The translations under genes were made by a program, and so were the position numbers. From an uncultured Rivularia sp. (lineage in GTDB: Bacteria > Cyanobacteriota > Cyanobacteriia > Cyanobacteriales > Nostocaceae), in contig OY762007.1 of NCBI GenBank assembly GCA_963665115.1, positions 5,568,001 to 5,632,000 of the forward strand: 64,000 nucleotides of DNA, given 5' to 3'. Every line of letters starts with the position of its first letter. The first letter of the stretch is position 1. Of the stretch, positions 41,561-52,124 are shown in pieces. Below the pieces are notes generated by a model that ran no database searches, was not told the origin of the DNA, and saw only the letters and a program-made list of their open reading frames with translations.

Positions 41561-41735
41561 GGGGACATTATTAAAGTAGTGAGTAGTGAGTAATGAGTAA
41601 TAAGTAATGAGTAATGAGTAACAAGTCGCGAGTAAAAATAGACGGGCAGAAGTACCGACATTTATGACAATAATAAAAAAGTGATTTACTTGCTACTTTC
41701 TACTCCCTACTCCCTACTCAATACTCCTAACTATT
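41561..41735 (-). repeat. Composite dispersed repeat, copy 3 (inverted)
   Basis: Reverse complement of the 5.1 kb core: GAGTAAAAATAGACGGGCAGAAGTAC..ACATTTATGACAATAATAAAAAAGTGATTT. Confidence 0.88.
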
Positions 41736-41816
41736 CTCCCAATCCCCATTGCCCAATTCAGCGTTCAAGCTACAATTCTGAGTAAAAATAATCGTATTTA
41801 TTAGAGAGGAAAATTT

Positions 41817-42032
41817 ATGGCTGTCAAAAAAGGAACGATGGTTCGTGCTATTCGGGAAAAGCTAGAAAACAGCTTGGAGGCTAAAGCTAGCGATTCTCGT
41901 CTTCCTTCTTATTTGTTTGAAACTGAAGGGGAAATTCTAGATACCAAAGGTGATTATGCTTTGGTGAAGTTTGGAAAGGTGCCTACGCCGAATATTTGGT
42001 TGCGTATGGATCAGCTTGAAGAGTTTAAATAA
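41817..42032 (+). CDS. ndhO: NDH-1 complex subunit O
   Basis: [46 protein letters not shown]. Confidence 0.95.
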   Translation: MAVKKGTMVRAIREKLENSLEAKASDSRLPSYLFETEGEILDTKGDYALVKFGKVPTPNIWLRMDQLEEFK

Positions 42033-42323
42033 ATTTCAGCTTACCCTGGAGGATGTTTTGAAAGGTGGCGATTGAAACGGCTGCTAAACAAGCGAAATTT
42101 TGCTGTCTAGGTTGCCGGATTTTTCTATGTAATAGTACTGAGTAACTGATACTTTTAGAACATCCTTCCAGGAGGAGTGTAACATCGATCTTTTGTGAAA
42201 ATTGATCAACCCGGTTTTTTGAAAAAATCGGGTTTCTTCATATCTTACAAATCGAATAAAAATGCTATATTTTGCTAGCTACAGAAGCTTGGGAGCATAT
42301 CCTCTAAGGATTTCAATATATAT

Positions 42324-42361
42324 AAAAGGCAGAACTTTATTATGAAGTTTTGCCTTTTTTT
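42324..42361. terminator. Bidirectional intrinsic terminator-like hairpin
   Basis: AAAAGGCAGAACTT-loop-AAGTTTTGCCTTTTTTT. Confidence 0.6.
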
Positions 42362-42492
42362 GTAGATAAAAATACTATTTGAAAAAAATTGATAGAAAAT
42401 TTCTTAGAAAATACCCTGATGTTTTTTATCATACCCTGAAAACACTTAGTACTAGATTATTCTAGAAAGTGAACTAACATTATTAACCTTCA

Positions 42493-43473
42493 ATGGCACT
42501 TAGAAAAAGACGTTTGCAAAGTCAGAAAAATCAGTCTAAAAGTTCCACTGCTAAGGCTAAAGCTCAAACTAGTGCTGCAAAAGCAAAAGTTAAAAGTAGC
42601 ACAAAAAAAGTAAAGCCTGAAGCTTTATCTGTAGAAGCAAAAGTTTCAAGTAATACTCCAGAAATTGAAGTGAAAAATACAACCAAAAAAGTATCCAGCA
42701 AAACAAAATCCGCTAGCACCACTTTAGGAAAAGTTAAAACCACAAGAAAGAAAGTATCTAGTAGACGATTAGCTGCTACTACCAAGGTAGAAGAGGTGAA
42801 TTCCACTAAAAAAGTAGAAAAGGTAAAGCCTTTCAGCAAGAAAGTAGAAAAACCCGTTGCTGCTACCAAGGTAGAAAAGGTGAATTCTACTAAGAAAGTA
42901 GCTAGTAAGACTAAACCAGCTAGCACTACCAAGAAAGTAAAAGCACAACCTGCATCAACTACCGTTGAGAAGTCTAAAACCACCGAGAAGAAAGCAGCAA
43001 GCAATAAAGCTACTGCTAAGAAAGCTACCAAAGCAACTAAAACTAGCACCAAGAAACTTACTGGCAAAACCAAAGTTGCTACAAAGAAAGTTCAAGATCA
43101 AACTCGCTTGCTCCTGGCTTTGTGGGATTTAGGAGGAACAAAGAATCAAGTTAGAACAACAGAAGTAACTGGTAGCGTACAACGCAAAAATGAGAAAGCA
43201 GGAGATTATACTTCTATTCTCAAAAAGTTAGAAAAAGCTGGTGCTATTAACAGTACCCGTAAGAGTAAAGTTGAGAGCATTAAGCTCACCGATAAAGGTT
43301 TGGAAATGCTTAATGAAGGGCTTAAAACCCTTGATTTCAAATTTTATGGAAAGCAGGTTGGAAGTATAGTTGCAAGTAAATTTGTTGGTGGGTTGCTCAA
43401 ATGGATACGAGAAATGGATGGAGCAACAATTTCTTCAACATCAGAAACAGAGCAATCCGAAATCGCATCTTAA
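42493..43473 (+). CDS. Lys/Ala/Thr-rich (histone H1-like) region fused to a putative winged-helix domain
   Basis: ~195 aa of K/T/A/S/V low complexity, then QTRLLLALWDLGG...KLTDKGLEML, paralogous to the 44085 gene. Confidence 0.75.
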   Translation: MALRKRRLQSQKNQSKSSTAKAKAQTSAAKAKVKSSTKKVKPEALSVEAKVSSNTPEIEVKNTTKKVSSKTKSASTTLGKVKTTRKKVSSRRLAATTKVEEVNSTKKVEKVKPFSKKVEKPVAATKVEKVNSTKKVASKTKPASTTKKVKAQPASTTVEKSKTTEKKAASNKATAKKATKATKTSTKKLTGKTKVATKKVQDQTRLLLALWDLGGTKNQVRTTEVTGSVQRKNEKAGDYTSILKKLEKAGAINSTRKSKVESIKLTDKGLEMLNEGLKTLDFKFYGKQVGSIVASKFVGGLLKWIREMDGATISSTSETEQSEIAS

Positions 43474-44084
43474 TATTTGAATGGCGGGTAATGTTGTCAG
43501 GGTGTTATCTACTAACTGTGACATCCATTCGGTAAGTTTTAGAGTTGAAAGCGAGCGTTGTACATTTCTATTGAGGCGACAATATAGCAGACTGTAGAAA
43601 CGATTAAGGCTAGATAGATATCGCAGTTTGCTTCTCACAAACACAATGACTCGGCAAATTATTAGCTAGCTATTGCAAATTAGTGGTTTATGCAATTGGT
43701 ATTGAGTGCATCTAAACCTAAGAAAGAAGATTATCTACTATGCTCCTTAGTAAAAATTGATAAACGCAGATTGCAGAGTTTATTGCTTGGTACAAATTCT
43801 GCAATTTTAGCGTGCAAATTATCAATTAAACCGGTGGTTGAAACCGCACGCCACTTGCTACAACGGAGGGAAACCTTCTGCTACGCAAGCAAAACCCACC
43901 TGCGTGGGTTACGAATACCGTAGCATCTGCTTCAGATATTATTTATGAATAATTACGATTCTGCTAAATATACCTACACATCAAAAATTTTCAATGAATT
44001 CCGTTGAAATATTTCAGTAATTTTCCAAAAGCTAAATCTGTTTCATCAAAACTATACTGGGGAACGGTAAGTATAAATATTGAT

Positions 44085-44786
44085 ATGGCACCACAAAATA
44101 CTATTTTGAAAACCTCTGAAACACAGGCTAGAATGCGCTTACTTCTGGCTTTATGGGATTTGGGAGGAGTTAAGCAGGAAGTTAAAAAAGGCGATCTGAC
44201 GAAAAGGATTGTATCCAAAGGTAAGAAAATCGCCGATTATCAAAGCGTTTTTGAAGAATTAGAAAACGAACAAGCTATCTCTAAATCTAAAACAGGCTAT
44301 TCTCTGGAATTGCCTAAAGGTTTAGAGGTATTAGATGAAAATTTGAAAAGTGATGATTTCGCATTTGAAGGCACAATTGTAGGTACTTGGGCTGCTAATG
44401 CTTTGCTCAAGTGGATTAATGAAATGAACTGTGGACTAGCTAATACATCGAATAACGATTGTGCTACAGCTTCAGAAAATATCGTTAGCGAAACCGATTC
44501 AAAAAACAATATTACATCTTACGAAGAATTTAAGAAAGTAGCTCTGCAAGTTTACGAACAACTCAACAGCGACTACAACCTAGATAACTTAGTACCAATT
44601 TATAGAATTAGAAGAAAAATTGGCGATCGCACTTCTCGGAAGCAGTTTAGTGAATGGCTTTTAGAGATGCAAGCGGATGATATTTTTCAACTTGAAGGTG
44701 GAAGCGTAGAAGACAGCGCTCCTGACAAAATAGAAGATTCCATATTAAAAAGCCAGAAATTCAAGCTTATGCTCAATGCGAATTAA
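44085..44786 (+). CDS. Putative winged-helix protein with second C-terminal domain; last residues may be replaced by a fusion junction
   Basis: RMRLLLALWDLGG; ITSYEEFK..NLVPIYRIRR..FSEWLLEMQ..IEDSI. Start moved to ATG 44085. Confidence 0.7.
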   Translation: MAPQNTILKTSETQARMRLLLALWDLGGVKQEVKKGDLTKRIVSKGKKIADYQSVFEELENEQAISKSKTGYSLELPKGLEVLDENLKSDDFAFEGTIVGTWAANALLKWINEMNCGLANTSNNDCATASENIVSETDSKNNITSYEEFKKVALQVYEQLNSDYNLDNLVPIYRIRRKIGDRTSRKQFSEWLLEMQADDIFQLEGGSVEDSAPDKIEDSILKSQKFKLMLNAN

Positions 44787-45991
44787 GTCAAATTATTGAC
44801 GATAATCAATCTTTAGAAACATTATCTCGGTTGAGTATATGGACTCAAGAAGCATTAGATAAAATATTGCATCAACAACAGCATATTTTTTTGAGCTATT
44901 TACGTGTTTATAAATTATCTCAGCCTTATGAAATATCGCTGGAAATAGAATCTAATAAGTTAGGAAAATATATCGGATTACCTAAACCCTTAACTGCTTC
45001 CAACACCAACCCAGTATTACCCGATAACATCTTTAATACTCGCAAGCGTCAGTTAGAAAAACTCGAATCACCACCGCATCTAGAATTGGAAAATTTACTA
45101 GATGTTCTATCACCTTTAGCTATCAAAAATCCAGCCGCGAAACAATTTCAAGAAAATATCCATCTATTTCTTGGTTGGAGCAATCAGAAACTAGCAAAAC
45201 ATTTTGATTCAGACTTAGTTTGGATTAATAAAATTGCTGAAGTGGGAAATTCTAGCGATGGAAATGAATTCGAGAGACTAACACGCAAAAGTTTTATTAA
45301 ACTCGGATTTTCTTGTTCCAATACCAATTTTAGAGCCAATCTTGACCCAGAAAAAGTAGGAGGTGCTGGAGGAGTTGATTTTTATTGCGAATATCCTTAT
45401 CCTGTTGTCGGGGAATGCAAAGCTACTAAAAGTGAAAGAGTACCAAGTAGTACACCGGGACAATTAATCCAACTTGGTAAAAACCATCTTCAAGAAAAAT
45501 ACGACCTTTGCGTCAAAATAATTCTAGCCGGTGGTGAACTTACAAAAGATGCAATTTTAACCGTACAAAATAATCATATGAACGTAATTACCCCAGAAAC
45601 TCTAGAAAAACTTGTTGAACTACAATCTAATTATCAAGGTTGCGTCAATTTATTAGAATTAAAAGATTGTTTGCAGCAGGAACCCTTCGGTTTAGCAGAT
45701 GATAAAGTTAATAGTTATATCAATAAAATCGAGCAAGATATACAATTGCGATCGCACTTAGTTCAATTAGTAAAAGATTTTCTGCAAAATACCAAGATGG
45801 ATTCTATGGGAGTGGAAGCTTTACATGGTGCTTATTATTCTGTTCCTCAACCGCCGCAACCACTGCAAACTAAGAAAATGTACGAAATATTAATCGAACT
45901 TTCTTCACCTTTAACGGGCTACTTGGGAAGAATCAAAGGTGCTGATTGGAAAAGCGATAAATTCTGTTTTCTCCGCGATTTACCGAGTTAG
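44726..45991 (+). pseudogene. 5'-truncated DUF1802-like plus PD-(D/E)xK (restriction-endonuclease-like) protein
   Basis: Frame is open from 44726 (PEIQAYAQCELSQII..LSIWT..YLRVY) with no ATG. Nuclease motif FERL..GF..GGVDF..GECK..QL. Confidence 0.6.
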
Positions 45992-46001
45992 TTAGTAATT
46001 A

Positions 46002-46194
46002 GTAGGTTGGGTTAGACACGAGCAGGCAATTTGAATTATTAAAGAAAATCTAAATATCGTGTCGTAACCCAACATCGGTATTTTGGGGTCAATTGAGATG
46101 TTGCCTTCATATTAATTTATAAAATGTTGGGTTACGGCGCAACATTAATTCCTAGTTAAAACCATTATTTTACAATGCGCCTAACCCAACCTAC
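46002..46194 (+). mobile_element. MITE-like palindromic element, copy A
   Basis: Terminal inverted repeat GTAGGTTGGGTTAG / CTAACCCAACCTAC; internal GTAACCCAACAT / ATGTTGGGTTAC. Confidence 0.8.
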
Positions 46195-46329
46195 CAATTA
46201 CAAAATTAAAAACTTGTTTCTTTTAGCATTAAATTTGTGAGTGCGTTGCGCGGAGCGACAATACACCCTACTATTTTATTAACACTTCCGCTTTTATTAT
46301 TCTGTTTCAATATTAACTCGGATTCAACC

Positions 46330-46827
46330 TTGAATAAAAAGACACTATTAAATAATTTAAAAATAGTAATTCTAATTCCTCTTACTATTTACACTTTCGG
46401 TTGTTCGTCTAATATGGTTGAAGATAATAATTCAGTTCAGAATTCGACAACTAATATATCTTCATCACAAATATCAAATAAAGACATCGAACAACTTGTA
46501 AAAAGACAGGCTAAAGCTTGGGAAAATGCAGATTCTGAAGCAATCATTGCTGACTTTGCGGAAAACGGTGAATTTATCGCTCCGGGTACTTCCTTAAAAG
46601 GTAAGACAGATATTAAAAAAGCTGCGGAAGATTATTTTAAAGAATTTACAGATACTAAAGTTAAAATTACAAGAGTTTTTAGCGATGGGAAAGAGGGTGC
46701 GGTGGAATGGACTTGGAGCGATAAAAATAAAAAAACTGGTAACAAATCACTGATTGATGATGCAATAATTTTTGAACTTAAAGATGGAAAAATAATTTAT
46801 TGGCGAGAATATTTTGATAAACCTTAA
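46330..46827 (+). CDS. SnoaL/NTF2-like lipoprotein
   Basis: Lipobox TFGC; AWENAD..FAENG..AVEWTW..KDGKIIYWREYFD. Start probably TTG 46330. Confidence 0.85.
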   Translation: MNKKTLLNNLKIVILIPLTIYTFGCSSNMVEDNNSVQNSTTNISSSQISNKDIEQLVKRQAKAWENADSEAIIADFAENGEFIAPGTSLKGKTDIKKAAEDYFKEFTDTKVKITRVFSDGKEGAVEWTWSDKNKKTGNKSLIDDAIIFELKDGKIIYWREYFDKP

Positions 46828-46855
46828 TCAGTTAACGGTTAACTGCTAGCTATTA

Positions 46856-47872
46856 TTAATTATATTTTACAGTTAATGCAGCCCAAGAGAATCCAGCGGC
46901 GCTACTAGCTAAAACAACTAAATTTCCAGGTTTTATTTTATTTGAATCTAAGGTTTTACCCAAACAAAAAATAGTATCGACAGCCCCTAAATGACCATTC
47001 TCAGGTAAAGAAATGAATGTCTGCTCGTTGCTTAATCCTAATGATTCAAGAATCCTTTGTAATAAACTTTTCTTGACTTGATTGGTAAATAAAAAATTTA
47101 CATTATCAATTGAGTAACCACTTTTAGCTAGTGACTTGTGAATAACTTTTTGATAATTTTCTAAATAAACATCTGATAATATATTGTCTAATTCCTTCGG
47201 ATTAGCAACTTTCAAATAACTTAATTCTGTATCTATTTCTGTGTTCTCAAGGGGAAACTTTGTTCCTGCCAAAGGCACTTTGAGATAATCAGCCATTTTC
47301 CCGTTAGTCATCGCATGATAAGCAAGAATTTGATTGCTTGGTTCTCCTTTTTTCAAAATTGCTGCTGCCGAACCATCTGCAAAAATAAATGTTGATAAAC
47401 AATCTAAATCTGTATAATCAAGCAGCACGGATAGTTTATCGCTACAAATAATTAATGCATAAGTTAACTCATCATCTGCCAGCAACATATTCCGACATAG
47501 ATGGATGCCCAAATTCCCAGCATTACAAAAGTTTCTGACTTCAAAAGCAAAAGCGTTTTCAGCACCAATTTCACCTTGAATTTTAGCCGCAGGGGACCAA
47601 AATCTGTAATCATAATCTCCCGCACCACAATAAGCAATCAAATTAATTTCTTTGGCTGTAATTTCTGCGTTATCGATCGCTTTTAATGCTGCTTTAATCC
47701 CCATATCGCTGGGATGCTCATCTTTTGCAGCAATTGGTTTTTTATTTATGCCAATTTTTTCGGTAAAAACCATCTCAGGTAGATTGCTGAGTTTTGCCAT
47801 TTCTTCAGAAGTTAATACTCCTGAAGGCAGATAGTAACCAACTGATGCGATACCTACAGTTTCTGCTTTCAT
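46856..47872 (-). CDS. FabH/KAS III-like condensing enzyme with non-canonical triad
   Basis: GYYLP, NFCNAG (catalytic Cys), FADGSAA, TNQV, GHLGAVD, AAGFSW. Confidence 0.88.
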   Translation of the reverse strand: MKAETVGIASVGYYLPSGVLTSEEMAKLSNLPEMVFTEKIGINKKPIAAKDEHPSDMGIKAALKAIDNAEITAKEINLIAYCGAGDYDYRFWSPAAKIQGEIGAENAFAFEVRNFCNAGNLGIHLCRNMLLADDELTYALIICSDKLSVLLDYTDLDCLSTFIFADGSAAAILKKGEPSNQILAYHAMTNGKMADYLKVPLAGTKFPLENTEIDTELSYLKVANPKELDNILSDVYLENYQKVIHKSLAKSGYSIDNVNFLFTNQVKKSLLQRILESLGLSNEQTFISLPENGHLGAVDTIFCLGKTLDSNKIKPGNLVVLASSAAGFSWAALTVKYN

Positions 47873-48081
47873 AAATACTGAAATTAAAATTTAAGTTTGT
47901 TTTTTACTTATGCAGACAACGATTTAGAAATAATTCTTGTTTAAGCCATCTCTATAGGGTTCTGATATATTCAAATCAATTTAAGTAATCAAGGTTACAA
48001 GGATAACAAACTATAATATAGCTTTTTGTTACATCAACTACCAAAAATTATCCGGTTATTTGTATCGCGTAGTTTAAAAAA

Positions 48082-49236
48082 TTATTTTACGTTACTTGCC
48101 AAAGTTAACTTCTTAACTAATTCATCTTTGAGTTGTTGAAAATAATTTGCAGCATCTTCCAAACCAGATGCTTTCGCATAACGAATTAAAGGTTCTATTA
48201 ACCAAGATTCTGTAGGAGTCATTTGAGGTTGCAAAGTTCCATTTCGCAAGTTCATATCTATCCATTGCAGACTCGAAGGAATATGATCTGCGTGTTTTTG
48301 AGCGCTTGTTATCGCTAGATCGTAAATTACTTCTACATCTTCTTGTAAATCGTAAACTTTGACCATTTGTCCTACCTGAAATACTCGATCAACTAATTCA
48401 CGAATCCGAGATTGATAAGCTGAATCAAGAATTTCCCTAACTGTCAAAATTTGAAAATGTCCTTGAGAATCGATTGCTAATAATTGTCCGAGTAAATTAA
48501 CCATAAGATTCACCAGCGCTTTATCAAATTCCAAGCGAGTGGCTGAACTATTTGCGGCTTCTTCAAACCAAGCTCCTCTTTCTGTCAAAATAGTAGTGCA
48601 ACGCTCCCTGGTAGCAGGATTTCCTCCAGCAATCTGAGTTCGCCCTTTGGGGCCAGGTTGATAAATTGTTTTACCTCCGCTTCCGATTCGCAATCCGGTT
48701 TGAATGGTGACACCGCGCAGCAATCGGCAGACAATCTGCGGTATAAGATCGGGCCATAAGTCAGGTAAACGCGCAAACAGTGTCGCTTCTTCAATTTTTT
48801 CAATAAATATTTGTCGAAATCTTTGAAAATAGATGCCGTTTGAAGCAAGAACAAACAACGGTAAAGATTCATTTGGTGAAGATAACTGTCCTTGCTCGTA
48901 CACAAGAATTAATAATTCGACAATGGTTGTAATCGTACTTAAGAGTTGGTCGGGATTGGGACAGATAAGCACCACTTCTGGTAAAAAACCAGATTTAAAG
49001 CAAGTAAGTAAATCTGGTTTGAGAATCTCTTCTGTAGATAAAGACTTAATTCCTTCTGGCGTGTCAATATTTATTTTGCCATCTTTGCGTAAAGCTTTGG
49101 CACTCTTAGATCCTTGCCTTTCTAATAAGTAAACACCATCTAATTGCTTTAACTTTCCACTTAAATGATAAAAAAAACCAACTCCAAGCGCTCCAGCTGG
49201 CAAAATGCCAATATTGCCTTTATTTAAGCAAGCCAC
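48082..49236 (-). CDS. Ketopantoate-reductase-like NAD(P)-dependent oxidoreductase
   Basis: IGILPAGALG Rossmann motif, ASNGI, DKALVN, SSL..D, TE. Confidence 0.65.
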   Translation of the reverse strand: MACLNKGNIGILPAGALGVGFFYHLSGKLKQLDGVYLLERQGSKSAKALRKDGKINIDTPEGIKSLSTEEILKPDLLTCFKSGFLPEVVLICPNPDQLLSTITTIVELLILVYEQGQLSSPNESLPLFVLASNGIYFQRFRQIFIEKIEEATLFARLPDLWPDLIPQIVCRLLRGVTIQTGLRIGSGGKTIYQPGPKGRTQIAGGNPATRERCTTILTERGAWFEEAANSSATRLEFDKALVNLMVNLLGQLLAIDSQGHFQILTVREILDSAYQSRIRELVDRVFQVGQMVKVYDLQEDVEVIYDLAITSAQKHADHIPSSLQWIDMNLRNGTLQPQMTPTESWLIEPLIRYAKASGLEDAANYFQQLKDELVKKLTLASNVK

Positions 49237-49249
49237 AAGTTATTTCTCC

Positions 49250-49651
49250 TTACAAATCTGTGAGGATTTGACAAGCCTTTTTCAAATCGGAAACTTTCAA
49301 TATTAAACGCATTTTGTCATCAGGGCGAACGGTGCTACCGTAAGTATATTCAATATTAATTTGGGCGCTACCTAAAGCCTTTGTTAGCCTAGCTAATTGT
49401 CCCGGACTATCTGTAAGTTCAATCGCTAAAACATCTGCTTCAATTACGTACAATCCTTCTTTCACCAAAAGACTTTTGCAAATAGCCGGTTCGCTACTTA
49501 CCAAACGAATTACACCTTGTTCAATACTGTCAACAAGAGAAATTGCCATAATATTGATATCTTGTTGAGAAATAATACTGGTAACAGTAGCTAAGCGACC
49601 TGGATAATTTTCTAATGCAACTGTCAATTGACGTTGGGTTGTAAAGTTCAT
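49250..49651 (-). CDS. Tandem ACT-domain protein
   Basis: QLTVALENYPGRLA; DSPGQLA..INIEYTYG. Confidence 0.9.
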   Translation of the reverse strand: MNFTTQRQLTVALENYPGRLATVTSIISQQDINIMAISLVDSIEQGVIRLVSSEPAICKSLLVKEGLYVIEADVLAIELTDSPGQLARLTKALGSAQINIEYTYGSTVRPDDKMRLILKVSDLKKACQILTDL

Positions 49652-49678
49652 AATTAATTGCGTTGTTTCCGGTTTTTT

Positions 49679-49869
49679 GTAGGTTGGGTTAGACAGAAAA
49701 CCAAATTAAACTTTTACCGAAAATCTATATGTTCTGTCGTAACCCAACATCCGTATTGTAGATAAATTGAGATATTACCTTAATACAGATAATTAAATGT
49801 TGGGTTACAGCGCAATCATAATTCCTAGTTAAAAACGATTGTCTTTTTTTTGCGCCCAACTCAACCTAC
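49679..49869 (+). mobile_element. MITE-like palindromic element, copy B (same orientation as copy A)
   Basis: Same termini and internal TCGTAACCCAACATC, ATTGAGAT, ATGTTGGGTTAC and ATTCCTAGTTAAAA blocks. Confidence 0.8.
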
Positions 49870-50026
49870 TGACTAATAATTGGTCGGTTTGGGATTTGTG
49901 TACGAATAAATCTTCTACTGTATTGCCTGGAATCTGTACCAATATTGTTTCGTCGCTGGTTTGAGGAGTGAAGAAGCAAGTCATTCCCTCCAAGTAGCGG
50001 ATTTCGATTCCCCTAATATTACTCAT
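49870..50026 (-). pseudogene. Truncated cupin (RmlC-like epimerase family) gene cut at MITE copy B
   Basis: FFTPQTSDET..DLFVHKSQTDQLLV (first cupin motif) then reads directly into the element end. Confidence 0.7.
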
Positions 50027-50159
50027 AAATGATGTTGCTAAAAAAGCATCCTAAAAATTGAATAGTTAGTTCAATCTAAGATGCTCTTAAATAAAAAAAT
50101 GTTGCGGATGCAACATAAGTTACCAAAACATGGTATTAGATTATATTCTTTTAGCCAAT

Positions 50160-51749
50160 TTATCTGCCAATAGAGAATTTTAAACTGCTGGGTTGTCCAA
50201 AATTACCGTCTATTACTACACCGCGTCCGTTGGCATGAAGATGACGCAATATGATGTAAATTGACTCTATTTGCTCGGATGCACCTGCTTTTTGAGCTAT
50301 TTCTTCTAAGGAAAGTGGATTTTCTTCTGCTTGCAGAATAGATACTACTTTTTGCTGCACTTCCAAAATAGCTGCTGCTGCTTTTTTACCTGCTTCTACA
50401 CCCGGTTGATGATAAGCGTTGACGTTCACCAAACTAGCGTAGAAGCCTACAGCACGTTCGTACAGAGCGATTAATGCACCTACAGTTCGGGGATTAACTT
50501 GGGGAATGGTAAGTGTAATCGAATCGCGTTGGTTGTCGTAAAGGGCTTTTTTGGTACCTTGGAGAAAACCGGAAAGATAATCGCCGGATGTGGTTCCCGG
50601 CTCGATTTCTAAAGAGGAACCTTTTCTATCTTCTAAAACTTCAATGAAGGTTAGGAAGAAGTTTGCCACCCCATCCCGCAACTGCTGGACGTATGCGTGT
50701 TGGTCGGTTGAGCCTTTATTGCCGTAAACTGCAATACCTTGGTGGACGGTTTTACCATCCAAGTCTTTTTCTTTACCCAACGATTCCATTACCAACTGTT
50801 GCAGATAGCGGCTGAATAAAAGTAGGCTGTCTTTATAAGGAAGAACAACCATGTCCTTTTCACCCTTTCCGTTGCCAGCATGGTACCAAGACAAAGCTAA
50901 CAGTGCTGCCGGGTTATTTTTGAGTTCTGGGACGCGAGTTGCGTCATCCATCTCTTTAGCACCATCCAACATTTGACCGATGTCAATTCCTTGTAGTGCC
51001 GCTGGAACTAACCCTACAGCCGACATTTCGGAAGTACGACCACCTACCCAATCGTACATGGCAAAATGTGCCAGCCAGCCTTCAGATTCTCCAATCTTGC
51101 TCAGCTTACTACCGGGCATGGTAATAGCTATAGCATATTGTGCGAAGTCCAAGTTTTGCCCAGCATAGGCTTTCTTGACTTCCATCATTCCGTTACGAGG
51201 TTCGGGAGTTCCTCCAGATTTGGAAATCACCAATACCAAAGTACTAGAAAGACGGTTTCGCACGGTAGTTAATACGCGATCAATACCTGCTGGATCGCTA
51301 TTATCAATAAAGTGAATTGCCAGAGGTGGATAATCTGTAGCCAAAGCTTGAGCCACAAATTGAGGTCCAAGTGCCGAACCACCAATCCCAATCGAGATAA
51401 TATCGGTGAAGCGAGGAGCTTTGGGAGGATGAATCGCACCAGTGTGGATTTTCTCGGCAAATACTTCGATTTTCTCAATATTACTAACAATTTCTTGAGT
51501 TAACTCCGGTGTCGGAGCCAAATCGGGATTTCGCAGCCAATAATGTCCAACCATCCGTTGTTCATCTGGATTTGCGATCGCACCTTTTTCCAATTCGGTC
51601 ATATCCGCGAAAGCCTTCTTAAATGAAGGCTCTAACTTCGTAACAAAATCATCATCAAAGCCCATCCGGCTAACGTCTAGGTAAAAACCCAGTCCTTCAT
51701 GGAAATATAGCCATTTCTGGTATCGTTGCCAAAGTGCCGTAGCATCCAT
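50160..51749 (-). CDS. pgi: Glucose-6-phosphate isomerase
   Basis: [40 protein letters not shown]; start likely MDATAL at 51749. Confidence 0.97.
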   Translation of the reverse strand: MDATALWQRYQKWLYFHEGLGFYLDVSRMGFDDDFVTKLEPSFKKAFADMTELEKGAIANPDEQRMVGHYWLRNPDLAPTPELTQEIVSNIEKIEVFAEKIHTGAIHPPKAPRFTDIISIGIGGSALGPQFVAQALATDYPPLAIHFIDNSDPAGIDRVLTTVRNRLSSTLVLVISKSGGTPEPRNGMMEVKKAYAGQNLDFAQYAIAITMPGSKLSKIGESEGWLAHFAMYDWVGGRTSEMSAVGLVPAALQGIDIGQMLDGAKEMDDATRVPELKNNPAALLALSWYHAGNGKGEKDMVVLPYKDSLLLFSRYLQQLVMESLGKEKDLDGKTVHQGIAVYGNKGSTDQHAYVQQLRDGVANFFLTFIEVLEDRKGSSLEIEPGTTSGDYLSGFLQGTKKALYDNQRDSITLTIPQVNPRTVGALIALYERAVGFYASLVNVNAYHQPGVEAGKKAAAAILEVQQKVVSILQAEENPLSLEEIAQKAGASEQIESIYIILRHLHANGRGVVIDGNFGQPSSLKFSIGR

Positions 51750-51854
51750 AAGGGGAAATCTCAAGTCACGTTATTTCACAAACAAGTTTAAGCTAAGGTT
51801 CGAGGAATACCTTGTCAACTTATACAGTTTTAACTGTTTAGACAACTGCTCTCC

Positions 51855-52112
51855 CTAAACATCTGGCATAGGTATGACTCGCAGAAATTTCACAATTTCG
51901 CCTTTCACCTCAATTCCAACCAAATAATTATCCAAGGTAAAGCGGTGAAAGATGCCCGACTCATCAATTTGACGCAATTGAGGCAGCGAGTGCAAGTTCT
52001 CAGAAAACACAAACTCTACAAACACAAAATCCAACACCCGCTTTTTAGCAGTTAAATCTAATTCCTTTACATCTTTTAAAAATGACCGTGCGTATCTCAG
52101 TTCTAACTTCAC
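51855..52112 (-). CDS. RelE/ParE-like toxin
   Basis: 85 aa; LRYARSFLKDVKEL..HRFTLDNYLVG RelE-fold pattern. Confidence 0.7.
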   Translation of the reverse strand: MKLELRYARSFLKDVKELDLTAKKRVLDFVFVEFVFSENLHSLPQLRQIDESGIFHRFTLDNYLVGIEVKGEIVKFLRVIPMPDV

Positions 52113-52124
52113 GCTTAATATTGG

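Noticed and set aside
42564..43073. 169-aa hydrophobic minus-strand ORF resembling a membrane protein
   Set aside because: Antisense shadow of the Lys/Thr/Ala-rich gene (AAA/AAG codons read as Phe/Leu).
43441..43923. Short ORFs between the two wHTH paralogs
   Set aside because: No recognisable motifs, and one runs through dispersed repeats at ~43830-43912. They could be remnants, but I cannot support a call.
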